A stretch of DNA of 64,000 nt from Candidatus Limnocylindria bacterium (GTDB lineage: Bacteria > Chloroflexota > Limnocylindria > QHBO01): the NCBI GenBank assembly GCA_036556745.1, contig DATBIW010000122.1, positions 15,116 to 79,115 on the forward strand, in the 5' to 3' direction. Below the pieces are notes generated by a model, which saw only the letters and a list, made by a program, of their open reading frames with translations, did not search any database and was not told the DNA's origin. The position numbers and the translations under genes were made by a program. This document shows positions 20,396 through 28,678 of this stretch, piece after piece; position 1 is the first letter of the stretch; each line of letters starts with the position of its first letter.

Positions 20396-21097
20396 ATGCA
20401 GGTCGAGCTCCGCATCCGCCGCTTCAACCCGGAGGCCGACCCGGAGGCCCACTGGGAGTCGTACGACCTCGAGGCCGAGCCGACCGATCGGGTGCTGGAC
20501 CTGCTCCACCAGGTGAAGTGGTTCCAGGACGGGACGTTGACCTTCCGGCGCTCGTGTGCCCACGGGGTGTGCGGGTCGGACGCGATGCTCATCAACGGCC
20601 GCAACCGCCTGGCGTGCTCGACCCTGGTCCGCGACGCGGGGGAGCGGATCGACGTCGAGCCCCTCCGCGGCGTGCCGGTGGTCAAGGACCTCCTCGTCGA
20701 CCAGGAGGGGTTCTGGGAGAAGTACCGCCGGGCGATGCCGTTCCTGGTGAACAACGAGATCCCCGAGGACGGCCTCGAGCGCCGGCAGTCACCCTTCGAC
20801 CGGGCGAAGTACGAGGACACCAGCCGCTGCATCCTGTGTGCGGCTTGCACGACGGCCTGCCCGGTCTTCTGGACGAACCCCGATTACGTCGGGCCGGCAG
20901 CCATCGTGAACGCCCATCGGTTCATCTTCGACAGCCGTGACCAGGCCCACGAAGAGCGCCTCGAGCTCATGGCCGACGCGGACGGGGTCTGGCGCTGCCG
21001 GACCGTGTTCAACTGCGTCGAGGCCTGCCCGCGGGGGATCAACGTCACCCGGGCCATCCTCGAGGTGACCCAGGCCATCGAGGACCGGCGCGCTTGA
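20396..21097 (+). CDS. sdhB: succinate dehydrogenase iron-sulfur subunit
   Basis: 233 aa. Cys clusters CAHGVCGSDA, CILCAACTTACP and CRTVFNCVEACP. Confidence 0.95.
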   Translation: MQVELRIRRFNPEADPEAHWESYDLEAEPTDRVLDLLHQVKWFQDGTLTFRRSCAHGVCGSDAMLINGRNRLACSTLVRDAGERIDVEPLRGVPVVKDLLVDQEGFWEKYRRAMPFLVNNEIPEDGLERRQSPFDRAKYEDTSRCILCAACTTACPVFWTNPDYVGPAAIVNAHRFIFDSRDQAHEERLELMADADGVWRCRTVFNCVEACPRGINVTRAILEVTQAIEDRRA

Positions 21098-21510
21098 CCC
21101 GGGTGCTCATCCATACCGATGGCGCCGCGCGCGGCAACCCCGGCCCGGCGGGGGCCGGCGCGCTGCTCCAGGACGCCGAGACCGGGGAGACCCTGGCGGA
21201 GATCGCCCGCTTCCTCGGGGAGCGGACGAACAACTACGCCGAGTGGACCGCCGTCGAGCTGGCCCTCCTCCGGGCGCGGGAGCTCGGGGCCGATGCGGTG
21301 GACCTGCGGACCGATTCCGAGCTCGTGGCGCGGCAGATCGCCGGGCGCTACCGCGTCAAGCACCCCGACCTGAAGCCGATCCACGCGCGGGTGATGGCCA
21401 TGCTCGGCGACCTGCGGGCCTACACCGTCGGCCACGTCCCGCGCGAGCGGAACCTCGACGCGGACCGGCTGAGCAACGTCGCGATCGACGAGCGACCGCC
21501 CGAGGGCTAG
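21094..21510 (+). CDS. rnhA: ribonuclease H (type 1) family protein
   Basis: 138 aa. TDGAARGNPGPAG, NNYAEW and DSELV motifs of RNase HI-like proteins. The TTG start overlaps the sdhB stop (TTGA). Confidence 0.8.
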   Translation: MTRVLIHTDGAARGNPGPAGAGALLQDAETGETLAEIARFLGERTNNYAEWTAVELALLRARELGADAVDLRTDSELVARQIAGRYRVKHPDLKPIHARVMAMLGDLRAYTVGHVPRERNLDADRLSNVAIDERPPEG

Positions 21511-21513
21511 ACT
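21485..21513 (+). promoter_or_regulatory. putative rnpB promoter TCGACG-17 nt-TAGACT embedded in the rnhA 3' end
   Basis: The -10 hexamer includes the rnhA TAG stop. The predicted start site, about 7 nt downstream, coincides with the 5' strand of the RNase P RNA P1 helix (about 21520). Confidence 0.4.
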
Positions 21514-21518
21514 CGGCG

Positions 21519-21839
21519 TCCCTGGAGGCGGCCGGACGGCCGCGGACGCGATCGCCGAAAGGCGGCGTTCGAGGAAAGTCCGAGCTCCACAGAGCAGGCT
21601 CGCGGGTAACACCCGTCCGCCGTGAGGCGAGGACCAGCGCCACAGTGACGATGCCCGCTCTTCTGAGCGGGAGTGAAACGGGCAAGCTCGAGCCGGAGCA
21701 AGACCGAATAGGAGGGCGATGCGGCCTTCGGGCCGCGGCAGGTGGCTCGCTCAGCCCTCGGGTAGGTCGCCCAGATGGATGGCCGTCACCGGGCTTCGGC
21801 CCGGGACAGAACTCGGCTTACAGGCCGCCCTCCAGGGGC
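21519..21839 (+). ncRNA. rnpB: RNase P RNA, bacterial type A
   Basis: Conserved blocks GAGGAAAGTCCGAGCTCCACAGAGCAGG, GGGTAACACCC, GGAGCAAGACCGAATAGGAGGG, CAGATGGATGGCCGTC and ACAGAACTCGGCTTACAG. Terminal P1/P2 pairing of CCCTGGAG-GCGGCC (21520-21533) with GGCCGC-C-CTCCAGGG (21823-21837). Confidence 0.9.
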
Positions 21840-21850
21840 CTGACCACGAA

Positions 21851-22087
21851 TCATTCCTCGTCGTCGCGCCAGATGCCCCTGGCGGTGCAGGCGTTGCAGA
21901 TCGGCCGTGCCTCGATGAAGGTCCCGAGCGGCAGGGGGTGATCCCGGCCCCCGAGCAGGCAGGCAACCTGCACGTCGCGCCCCCCGGGAACCGGCGTGAT
22001 CGCCACATGGCGCACGCTGCAGCGTCGGATGTGTCCGGCGCGAGGAATCGGCGTCCGCTGCGGTGCGTCCGAGCGTTCGACCGCCAT
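21851..22087 (-). CDS. small Cys-containing protein (78 aa), function unknown
   Basis: Inner part of track ORF 21851..22357, from the ATG at 22087. About 85 percent G/C at third codon positions. Contains RRCSVRH, VACL and a C-terminal CNAC. No clear Shine-Dalgarno; alternative TTG at 22126 preceded by GAAGG. Confidence 0.45.
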   Translation of the reverse strand: MAVERSDAPQRTPIPRAGHIRRCSVRHVAITPVPGGRDVQVACLLGGRDHPLPLGTFIEARPICNACTARGIWRDDEE

Positions 22088-22141
22088 GACACCACGAGCC
22101 TGCGCGGCCGATTGGGGGACCCTCAATGGGGCCTTCGTACC

Positions 22142-23077
22142 ATGGCCGTCGACGTCGAGAGGCTGGTCGAGAGGGGGACCTCTGGGCGCTATCCTCGGGG
22201 CATGTTCAAGCGCGGCCGCAAGCCGGCGCAGTCTTCGGCCGATGCCGAGCGACAGGCTCTCTTCGAGAAGCTGGCCCAGCGACCGGAGACGGTGTGCCCC
22301 TTCCTGGGGCTCGCCGGGGCCCGCGCCGACTACGAGGAGCAGGCCACCGACGAGCACCGCTGCTTCGCCTTCGGGGCCCCGGAGCCGGTCTCCGGGGAGC
22401 AGCAGCGCAACGTCTGCCTCCAGCGTGGCTACGCGAACTGCCCGCGCTACCTGCGTGGCGTCCTCGTCATTCCGACTGACGAGCTCGAGGCCCTGCGCCG
22501 GCCGCCGCAGAAGGTCCCGCCCCCGCCGCCCCCGAAGCCGGCGCCGGCGGCCGGCGACGGCGGCCGGAACCGGCGCGGCCTCGTCGTCGTGCTCCTCCTG
22601 CTCCTGCTCATCGGCGGGGGAGCGGGCGCCTGGTACCTCCTCGCCGGACCAGGCGGGACGGCCACCAACCCGACCCCGTCACCCGAGCCCTCGGTCTCGG
22701 TGGCGCCCAGTGCCGTTCCGTCGGTGAGCGGGGAGCCATCCGCCGAAGCCAGCGCGTCCACCGCCCCGACGCCCGAGCCGGGCGACCAGTTCCTCGGCTA
22801 CGAGGTGACGGTCGTGCCGGGTACCAACGACATCTTCCGCGTCAACGACGCCGGGGCGATCACCAGCCAGAACGTCGTCACGTTCTCCGCGGTCAGCCAG
22901 GCCCCGGTCGACAAGGTGATCGCCGACAACGGCCTGTTGCACTGGCTGGTGACCCAGGGCGATACGAGCGGCTGGTCGTACATCCGGGACCAGTCGGGAG
23001 ACTTCTTCATCCGCGAGGTCTACCGCGGGCCAGACGGCTCGCTCCGGTACGCGGTCCTGCCGGAGGACGAGACCTAG
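22142..23077 (+). CDS. bitopic membrane protein with N-terminal Cys/His-rich cytoplasmic module, function unknown
   Basis: Track ORF 21719..23077 runs through rnpB, so I trimmed it to the ATG at 22142 (alternative ATG at 22202). Layout: CPFLG..HRCFAF..CLQRGYANCPRY module, PPPPPPKP linker, one poly-Leu TM helix, Ser/Pro/Thr-rich linker, and a C-terminal globular domain of about 110 aa. Confidence 0.65.
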   Translation: MAVDVERLVERGTSGRYPRGMFKRGRKPAQSSADAERQALFEKLAQRPETVCPFLGLAGARADYEEQATDEHRCFAFGAPEPVSGEQQRNVCLQRGYANCPRYLRGVLVIPTDELEALRRPPQKVPPPPPPKPAPAAGDGGRNRRGLVVVLLLLLLIGGGAGAWYLLAGPGGTATNPTPSPEPSVSVAPSAVPSVSGEPSAEASASTAPTPEPGDQFLGYEVTVVPGTNDIFRVNDAGAITSQNVVTFSAVSQAPVDKVIADNGLLHWLVTQGDTSGWSYIRDQSGDFFIREVYRGPDGSLRYAVLPEDET

Positions 23078-23096
23078 TCCGTCGGGCCTCGCCAGC

Positions 23097-23118
23097 GGTT
23101 CGCCCAGCTGGGCGAACC
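23097..23118 (+). terminator. stem-loop GGTTCGCCC-AGCT-GGGCGAACC
   Basis: Perfect 9-bp stem 20 nt after the stop at 23077. No U-tract. Confidence 0.5.
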
Positions 23119-23142
23119 CTCGAAATTGACGCGAAATTCGCC

Positions 23143-23170
23143 TTGACGGGGGCTCGCTGCTCGCTAGAAT
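23143..23170 (+). promoter_or_regulatory. dcw-cluster promoter TTGACG-16 nt-TAGAAT
   Basis: Near-consensus sigma-70-type hexamers 55 nt upstream of the mraZ start. Confidence 0.6.
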
Positions 23171-23178
23171 GGCGCCCT

Positions 23179-23228
23179 GTGGCTCAAAGTGGGGCCAAAT
23201 GGGGACCAGTGGTAGGGGTAGCGAGTGG
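23179..23228 (+). promoter_or_regulatory. phased GTGG(G) direct repeats (MraZ-operator-like)
   Basis: GTGG at 23179, GTGGGG at 23189, TGGGG at 23200 and GTGG at 23209, with about 10-nt periodicity between the -10 hexamer and the mraZ start (itself GTGG at 23225). Confidence 0.5.
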
Positions 23229-23674
23229 AGAGGACCCCGTTCCTGACCGGCGAGTACCGGCACGCGCTGGATGACCGCGGCCGGGTGGCCGTGCCCGCGC
23301 GCTTCCGGACGCGGCTCGCAACCGGGGCGACGGTCACCCGCTGGCTCGACTCCTGCATCGCGGTCTACCCGCGCGACGCCTGGGAGGAGCTGGCCGAGCG
23401 ACTCCGGTCGCTCCCCCTGAGCAACCCCCAGGCCCGCGAGTTCTCGCGATTCATGGCCTCCGGCGCGGTCGAGGTGGAGCTCGACAAGCAGGGCCGCCTC
23501 CTCGTCCCGCAGTACCTGCGCTCGTACGCCGGCCTCGAGCCGGGCGAAGTCGTCGTCGTCGGCGCCCTCAACCACCTGGAGATCTGGGCCGCGGCCGCCT
23601 GGGAGCCGTACCGCGGACGGATGGAGAACTCACCCGAATCGGTCGCGGAGCAGCTCCAGGACCTCGGGATCTAG
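23225..23674 (+). CDS. mraZ: transcriptional regulator MraZ
   Basis: 149 aa. Duplicated SpoVT/AbrB-like halves with LDDRGRVAVPARFR and LDKQGRLLVPQYLR. Confidence 0.92.
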   Translation: MERTPFLTGEYRHALDDRGRVAVPARFRTRLATGATVTRWLDSCIAVYPRDAWEELAERLRSLPLSNPQAREFSRFMASGAVEVELDKQGRLLVPQYLRSYAGLEPGEVVVVGALNHLEIWAAAAWEPYRGRMENSPESVAEQLQDLGI

Positions 23675-23767
23675 GCCCCGTGACGCCATGACGCACGTCA
23701 CGACCCGGCCATTGATGCGTCTCCGGGCCGCTCGGCCCGTCACCGGACCCAGAAGGAACAGTCGCGA

Positions 23768-24721
23768 ATGGGAGAAGGGCATCTGCCGGTCCTCGTCGAC
23801 GAGGTTGTCGCCTCGTTGGCGCTGTGCCCCGGCAGCTCCATCGCCGACTGCACGGTCGGTGGCGGTGGGCACGCCGAGCGGCTCCTGGAGACCGTGGCTC
23901 CGGACGGCCGTCTCCTCGGCCTCGACGCCGATGCGGCGGCCGTCCGTGAAGCCGTCCGCGTGCTCGCCCGGTTCGGCGATCGCGCGGTCATTCGCCACGC
24001 GAACTTCACCCGCCTCGAGGAGGTGGCGCGCGCCGAGGGCCTGGTCCCCCTCGACGGAGTCCTGTTCGACCTTGGCCTGTCGAGCTACCAGCTCGCCGAT
24101 GCGCGGCGCGGCTTCGCCTTCACGGCGGACGCGCCGCCGGACATGAGGTTCGATGAAACGACTGGTCTTTCGGCTCTCGAGCTCATCGACAGCACCTCGG
24201 AGCGAGAGCTCGCCCGAATCCTCTCGACGCTTGGTGAAGAACGCCGTGCAGGCCGCATCGCGAAGGCGATCCTGGCGGCGCGTACGTCGGGCCGTCTCGT
24301 GACGGCCTCGGACCTGGCGGCCGTGGTGGCCGACGCCGTCCCGGCCAGGGGGGCCGATGCAGGGCGGATCCACCCGGCCACCAGGACCTTCCAGGCGCTC
24401 CGGATCGCCGTCAACCACGAGCTCGAGGCCCTCGAGGCCGGCCTGGCGGCCGCCCTCCGGGTCCTCGCGCCGGGCGGCCGGCTGGCCGTCATCAGCTACC
24501 ACTCCCTCGAGGACCGCATCGTCAAGCGCTTCCTGGCTCGCGAGGCGCGCGACTGCCTCGAGGTTCCGCTCCCCCCGGCCTGCACCTGCGGCCATCGGGC
24601 CCAGGTCAAGCCGGTCACCCGACGGGTCGTACGCCCGTCGGAGTCGGAGGTGGCGGGCAACCGCCGCGCGCGCAGCGCGCGGCTGCGGGTCGCCGAACGG
24701 CTCGCGACCGCGAGCGCCTGA
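23768..24721 (+). CDS. rsmH: 16S rRNA (cytosine1402-N4)-methyltransferase RsmH
   Basis: 317 aa. HLPVLVDEV, DCTVGGGGH, FDLGLSSYQLA and SYHSLEDRIVK motifs. Confidence 0.95.
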   Translation: MGEGHLPVLVDEVVASLALCPGSSIADCTVGGGGHAERLLETVAPDGRLLGLDADAAAVREAVRVLARFGDRAVIRHANFTRLEEVARAEGLVPLDGVLFDLGLSSYQLADARRGFAFTADAPPDMRFDETTGLSALELIDSTSERELARILSTLGEERRAGRIAKAILAARTSGRLVTASDLAAVVADAVPARGADAGRIHPATRTFQALRIAVNHELEALEAGLAAALRVLAPGGRLAVISYHSLEDRIVKRFLAREARDCLEVPLPPACTCGHRAQVKPVTRRVVRPSESEVAGNRRARSARLRVAERLATASA

Positions 24722-24746
24722 GTTCCAGGACAGGAGGGTTGGGCAC

Positions 24747-24950
24747 ATGAGTCGAGGTCGTCCCCGTCACCAGGGCAGCCGTCGCCGGGCGTACCACGCC
24801 CGCCAGCGGGAGGTCCGTGAGCGCCGTCACCACGCACCGCAGCCGGAAGCCGACTGGCTCCTCGACACCGAGGTCGAGGACGAGCCGGCCACCGACGAGC
24901 GGCAGCCGACCTGGATCCTGCGCCTGCAGGGTCGGGCCTCGGCCGCCTAG
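24747..24950 (+). CDS. small Arg-rich/acidic ORF (67 aa) between rsmH and ftsL
   Basis: Strong AGGAGGG Shine-Dalgarno 7-8 nt upstream of the ATG. High GC3. Same reading frame as ftsL, separated only by TAG plus 12 nt. Confidence 0.45.
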   Translation: MSRGRPRHQGSRRRAYHARQREVRERRHHAPQPEADWLLDTEVEDEPATDERQPTWILRLQGRASAA

Positions 24951-24962
24951 GCCCGCGCGATC

Positions 24963-25379
24963 ATGGCCGCCATCGGCGCCCGTCCGGCCGGGGTCCTCGG
25001 CGACCTCGACTGGGGGCTCCGCCGACCACTCCGGACGCGGACCGGCACCTCGGCCCGCGGCTACCGGCTGCGGCGCGCCTCGTCCCGCCGGCGGCGGGCG
25101 GCCGGCCTGTCACTGGCCCTGGTCGTGATCGTCATCGCGGCGCTCCTCGCGTCGCTGTACCTGACCCAGTCGAGCCGGATCGCCAGCACCGGGTACGAGA
25201 TCGAGACCCTCGAGGCCCAGCTCGACGGGCTCGAGGCCGAGCGCCAGGCGCTGCTCCTCCAGATCGGCCAGGCCCAGTCGCCGGCCACCATCGAGGCCCG
25301 TGCGGCCAGCCTCGGCCTCGTGCCGCTGCCGGGCGCATCGGTCCAGTTCGCCAGTCCATTGTCCGACCCCAACCAGTAG
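24963..25379 (+). CDS. ftsL: cell division protein FtsL-like (bitopic, coiled coil)
   Basis: 138 aa. Arg-rich cytoplasmic tail, a single TM helix (LSLALVVIVIAALLASLYL), then a heptad-like region (LEAQLDGLEAERQALLLQI). Canonical position between rsmH and ftsI. Confidence 0.75.
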   Translation: MAAIGARPAGVLGDLDWGLRRPLRTRTGTSARGYRLRRASSRRRRAAGLSLALVVIVIAALLASLYLTQSSRIASTGYEIETLEAQLDGLEAERQALLLQIGQAQSPATIEARAASLGLVPLPGASVQFASPLSDPNQ

Positions 25380-25397
25380 CCGTCGCACGCGGACCGC

Positions 25398-27230
25398 GTG
25401 CCACCGGGAGCTGCCATGCTCGCCAGAACCGACAGTCGAATCCGGGCGGTGGTGATGCTGGTGGTGGCTTCCCTCGTCGCCTCGCTGATCGGCTTCCGGC
25501 TGGTGTGGTGGCAGGTCATCGACCGTGAGCGGCTGGCCGAGATGGGGCATGCGCAGCTCGCGCACGCTCAGCAGATCCCCGCGACGCGGGGCCTGATCCT
25601 CGACCAGGCCGGCCTGATCCTGGCCACCTCCACGGCCACCCAGTCGGTTTTCGCCACGCCGCCCACCATCGAGGACCCCGCGCAGGCGGCTCTCCTCCTC
25701 AGCGCGGTCCTCGGGCTCGACAAGGCCGAGCTCGAGGCGACCCTCGGCGGTGAGGAGGCATGGACCTGGCTCAGCCGCCGGATCGACGACCAGACCGCCA
25801 CCCGGGTGCGCGCCCTGAATCTCCCCGGGGTCGGCCTCGTCCCCGAGTCGCGCCGGGTGTACCCGATGGGTGGGGCCGCCGGCGGGACGACCCTGGCGGC
25901 CCAGGTGCTCGGCTTCGTGAACGTGGACGGGGTCGGCCAGTACGGAGTCGAGGGCGCCGAGGATCTCCTCCTGGCCGGCACGGCCGGCTCGGTGGTGGCC
26001 CAGGAGGACGTCGCCGGACGGCTGATCGCCGGGTCGGTCCACGAGCTGTCGGCGCCGGTGAACGGCGCGGACCTGACGCTCACCCTCGACGCCGGCCTCC
26101 AGCACATCCTCGAGGAGCAGATGCTCGACACGTTCACCCGCAACCGGGCGGTGGGCGTGACCGGCCTGGTCATGGACGTCCACAGCGGGGCGATCCTGGC
26201 CCTCGCCTCGGTGCCGACCTTCGACGCCAACCAGTACCCGAGCATGGATCCGGCCTTGTTCTCGAGCCCCGCGGTGAGCCGGCAGTACGAGCCCGGGTCG
26301 GTCATGAAGGCGATGACCGTGGCCGCGGCCCTCGATGCGGGCGCCATCACCCCCGGCGACCTGTTCCTCGACGACAACAATCTGCAGGTCTACGACGCCA
26401 CGATCCACAACGCCGACCGGCAGTGGTATCCGAGCGGACATGGCCTGATCACCCCGGCCGAGGTGCTGGCCTTGTCGAACAACGTCGGCGCGGCGACGAT
26501 CGGCCTGACCCTGGGCGGCCAGGGCCTGTACGACGCGTTCGTGCGGTACGGGTTCGGCCAGCCGACAGGGGTCGACCTCGCCGGCGAGGCCACCGGCGTG
26601 GTGCTCCACCCCGACGCGGAGGACGCCTCCAAGGAACTGACCACCGCCCAGAACGCGTTCGGGCAGGGCATCACCGTGACCGTGGTCCAGATGGCGGCCG
26701 CCTACGCGGCCCTCGCCAACGGAGGCCAGCTGGTGACGCCCCACGTCGTGGCCGGCTGGACCGGCGCCGACGGCATGTTCCAGCCCCGTGACCTCCCCGA
26801 GCCGCGCCAGATCATGGAGCCCGAGACGGCCGACACCGTCCTCCAGATGCTCGTCGGGGCGATCGACAACGGCATCGCCAACGGGGCGGCGGTGCCCGGC
26901 TACTCGATCGCCGGAAAGACCGGCACCGCCCAGGTCGCCGGCCCGGTCACGGTCCGGGTGCGGACCGGCTGGGACGCCGCCGGGAACCCGATCTACCAGG
27001 AGACGACCCGCCAGGAGTACATCGAGGGCTGGGTCGACTCGAGCTTCATCGGGATCGCGCCGGCCTCCGACCCGCGGTTCGTGATGATGATCCTCATCCA
27101 CCGGCCGGTGGTCGGCAGCGGGGGCATCGGCGAGCGCCCGGAGGTGGCCTTCAGCCAGCTCGCTCCGCTCGTCTTCGACTACTTCGCGGTGCCCCCGGAC
27201 CGAGCCCAGCCGGGGGTTGCCGGCCAATGA
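25398..27230 (+). CDS. ftsI: penicillin-binding protein 2B/3 (division transpeptidase)
   Basis: 610 aa. N-terminal TM helix, PBP dimerisation region, and the SVMK (SxxK), SNN and KTGT transpeptidase motifs. The ATG at 25416 has a better GGGAG Shine-Dalgarno. Confidence 0.92.
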   Translation: MPPGAAMLARTDSRIRAVVMLVVASLVASLIGFRLVWWQVIDRERLAEMGHAQLAHAQQIPATRGLILDQAGLILATSTATQSVFATPPTIEDPAQAALLLSAVLGLDKAELEATLGGEEAWTWLSRRIDDQTATRVRALNLPGVGLVPESRRVYPMGGAAGGTTLAAQVLGFVNVDGVGQYGVEGAEDLLLAGTAGSVVAQEDVAGRLIAGSVHELSAPVNGADLTLTLDAGLQHILEEQMLDTFTRNRAVGVTGLVMDVHSGAILALASVPTFDANQYPSMDPALFSSPAVSRQYEPGSVMKAMTVAAALDAGAITPGDLFLDDNNLQVYDATIHNADRQWYPSGHGLITPAEVLALSNNVGAATIGLTLGGQGLYDAFVRYGFGQPTGVDLAGEATGVVLHPDAEDASKELTTAQNAFGQGITVTVVQMAAAYAALANGGQLVTPHVVAGWTGADGMFQPRDLPEPRQIMEPETADTVLQMLVGAIDNGIANGAAVPGYSIAGKTGTAQVAGPVTVRVRTGWDAAGNPIYQETTRQEYIEGWVDSSFIGIAPASDPRFVMMILIHRPVVGSGGIGERPEVAFSQLAPLVFDYFAVPPDRAQPGVAGQ

Positions 27231-28675
27231 GGCTGGTAGACTCGCCGCCGAAAGCCGCAGGGAACCGCGTGCCGGCTCCGATCAGCATCGACGACCTGCT
27301 GGCCGCCACGGGCGGCCGGCTCCAGGCCCCGACCAGCGTACGGTCCTTCCGCCTTGCCGTCGTCGACTCCCGGCGTGTCACGCCCGAGAGCCTGTTCGTC
27401 GCGCTCCCCGGCGAGCGGACCGATGGGCACAGGTTCGTCGCCGAGGCGGTGGCCGCCGGCGCATCCGCGGTCCTGGTCGAGCGCGAGGTCGCCCTCCCCG
27501 CCGGTGCCGACGTCGCGGTCGTCCGGGTGGCCGATGCGCTCCGCGCCTTCCAGGACCTGGCGGGATGGTGGCGCGACCGCTTCGCGGTCCGGGTCGTGGG
27601 CATCACCGGCTCGACCGGCAAGACCCTGGCCAAGGAGGTCACCGCCGACGTCCTGGCCCGCACCCTCTCGGTCCTCCGCAACGAGGGCAACCTGAACTCG
27701 GAGACCGGCCTGCCGATGACCCTCCTCCGTCTCGAGCCCGGCCACCAGGTCGCCGTCCTGGAGATGGGGATGTACACCGTCGGCGAGATCGCCCGCCTGG
27801 TCGAGATCAGCCATCCCGAGGTCGGCGTCGTGCTCGCCGTTCACCCGACCCACCTCGAGCGGGCCGGCAGCCTCGATCGGATCGCCCAGGCGAAGTCGGA
27901 GCTCCCGCGCGGTCTGCCGGCCGACGGCCTGGCCGTCCTGAACGCCGACGACCCGCGGGTCGCGGCCATGGCCGCCCTGACCCCGGCCCGGGTGCGGACC
28001 TTCGGGCTCGGGCGGGGAGCGGAGGTCCGGGCCGTGGACGTCGTCTCGGAGGGGCTGGGCGGCGTGGCCTTCACCCTGAGCGCCCCGTGGGGCGAGCAGC
28101 GGGTCCGGAGTGCCGCCCCGGGGCGTCACCTCGTCCGGCATGCCCTGGCCGCGGCGGCCGTCGCCGAGCACTTCGCGGTCCCGATGAGCGAAATCGCCGC
28201 CGCCCTCGAAACCGGCAGCCACGCCCCGCACCGGATGGCGGTCGAGGAGCTCCCCGGCGGCGTGACCCTCGTCGACGACACGTACAACGCGTCGCCGGTC
28301 TCGGTCTCAGCGGCCCTCGAGTTCCTGGCCGAGACCCCGGTCGGTGCCGGCCGCCGGCTGGCCGTGCTGGGCGACATGCTCGAGCTCGGCCCCGACGAGC
28401 GGGCCCTCCACGAGCGGATCGGCGCCCAGGCCGCGGCCGTCCTCGACGGCCTGCTCGCGGTCGGGGAGCGGGGACGCTGGATCGGGGAGGCTGCCAAGGC
28501 GGCTGGGCTGGTCCGCGTCGCCTTCGCTCCCGACGCGGAGGCCGCCGTCGCCGCGGTGGACGAGGCGCTGCACCCGGTGGCCGGGGACGTCCTCCTCGTC
28601 AAGGGCTCGCGGGGGATCGCCCTCGACCGCCTGGTCGCCGCCCTCGCCGGCCGCCCGCCGGACGGGGAGGCGTAG
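27227..28675 (+). CDS. murF: UDP-N-acetylmuramoyl-tripeptide--D-alanyl-D-alanine ligase
   Basis: 482 aa. DSRRVTPESLFVALPGERTDGH, GITGSTGKT and NEGNLNSETGLPMTLL are MurF-type rather than MurE-type signatures. Confidence 0.88.
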   Translation: MRLVDSPPKAAGNRVPAPISIDDLLAATGGRLQAPTSVRSFRLAVVDSRRVTPESLFVALPGERTDGHRFVAEAVAAGASAVLVEREVALPAGADVAVVRVADALRAFQDLAGWWRDRFAVRVVGITGSTGKTLAKEVTADVLARTLSVLRNEGNLNSETGLPMTLLRLEPGHQVAVLEMGMYTVGEIARLVEISHPEVGVVLAVHPTHLERAGSLDRIAQAKSELPRGLPADGLAVLNADDPRVAAMAALTPARVRTFGLGRGAEVRAVDVVSEGLGGVAFTLSAPWGEQRVRSAAPGRHLVRHALAAAAVAEHFAVPMSEIAAALETGSHAPHRMAVEELPGGVTLVDDTYNASPVSVSAALEFLAETPVGAGRRLAVLGDMLELGPDERALHERIGAQAAAVLDGLLAVGERGRWIGEAAKAAGLVRVAFAPDAEAAVAAVDEALHPVAGDVLLVKGSRGIALDRLVAALAGRPPDGEA

Positions 28676-28678
28676 CCC

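Noticed and set aside
21719-22141. N-terminal extension of the 452-aa ORF 21719-23077
   Set aside because: It overlaps the 3' part of the RNase P RNA gene and the small minus-strand gene. The GC3 signal and protein-like sequence begin around 22142.
25110-27227. 705-aa minus-strand ORF antisense to ftsI. Similar antisense giants at 10463-12043, 18552-20324, 37770-39986, 47712-49610, 57250-59055 and 62116-63657
   Set aside because: All lie opposite well-supported conserved genes and share their wobble-position phasing. They translate to low-complexity Arg/Gly/Pro/Asp-rich sequence with no motifs. These are classic high-GC shadow ORFs.
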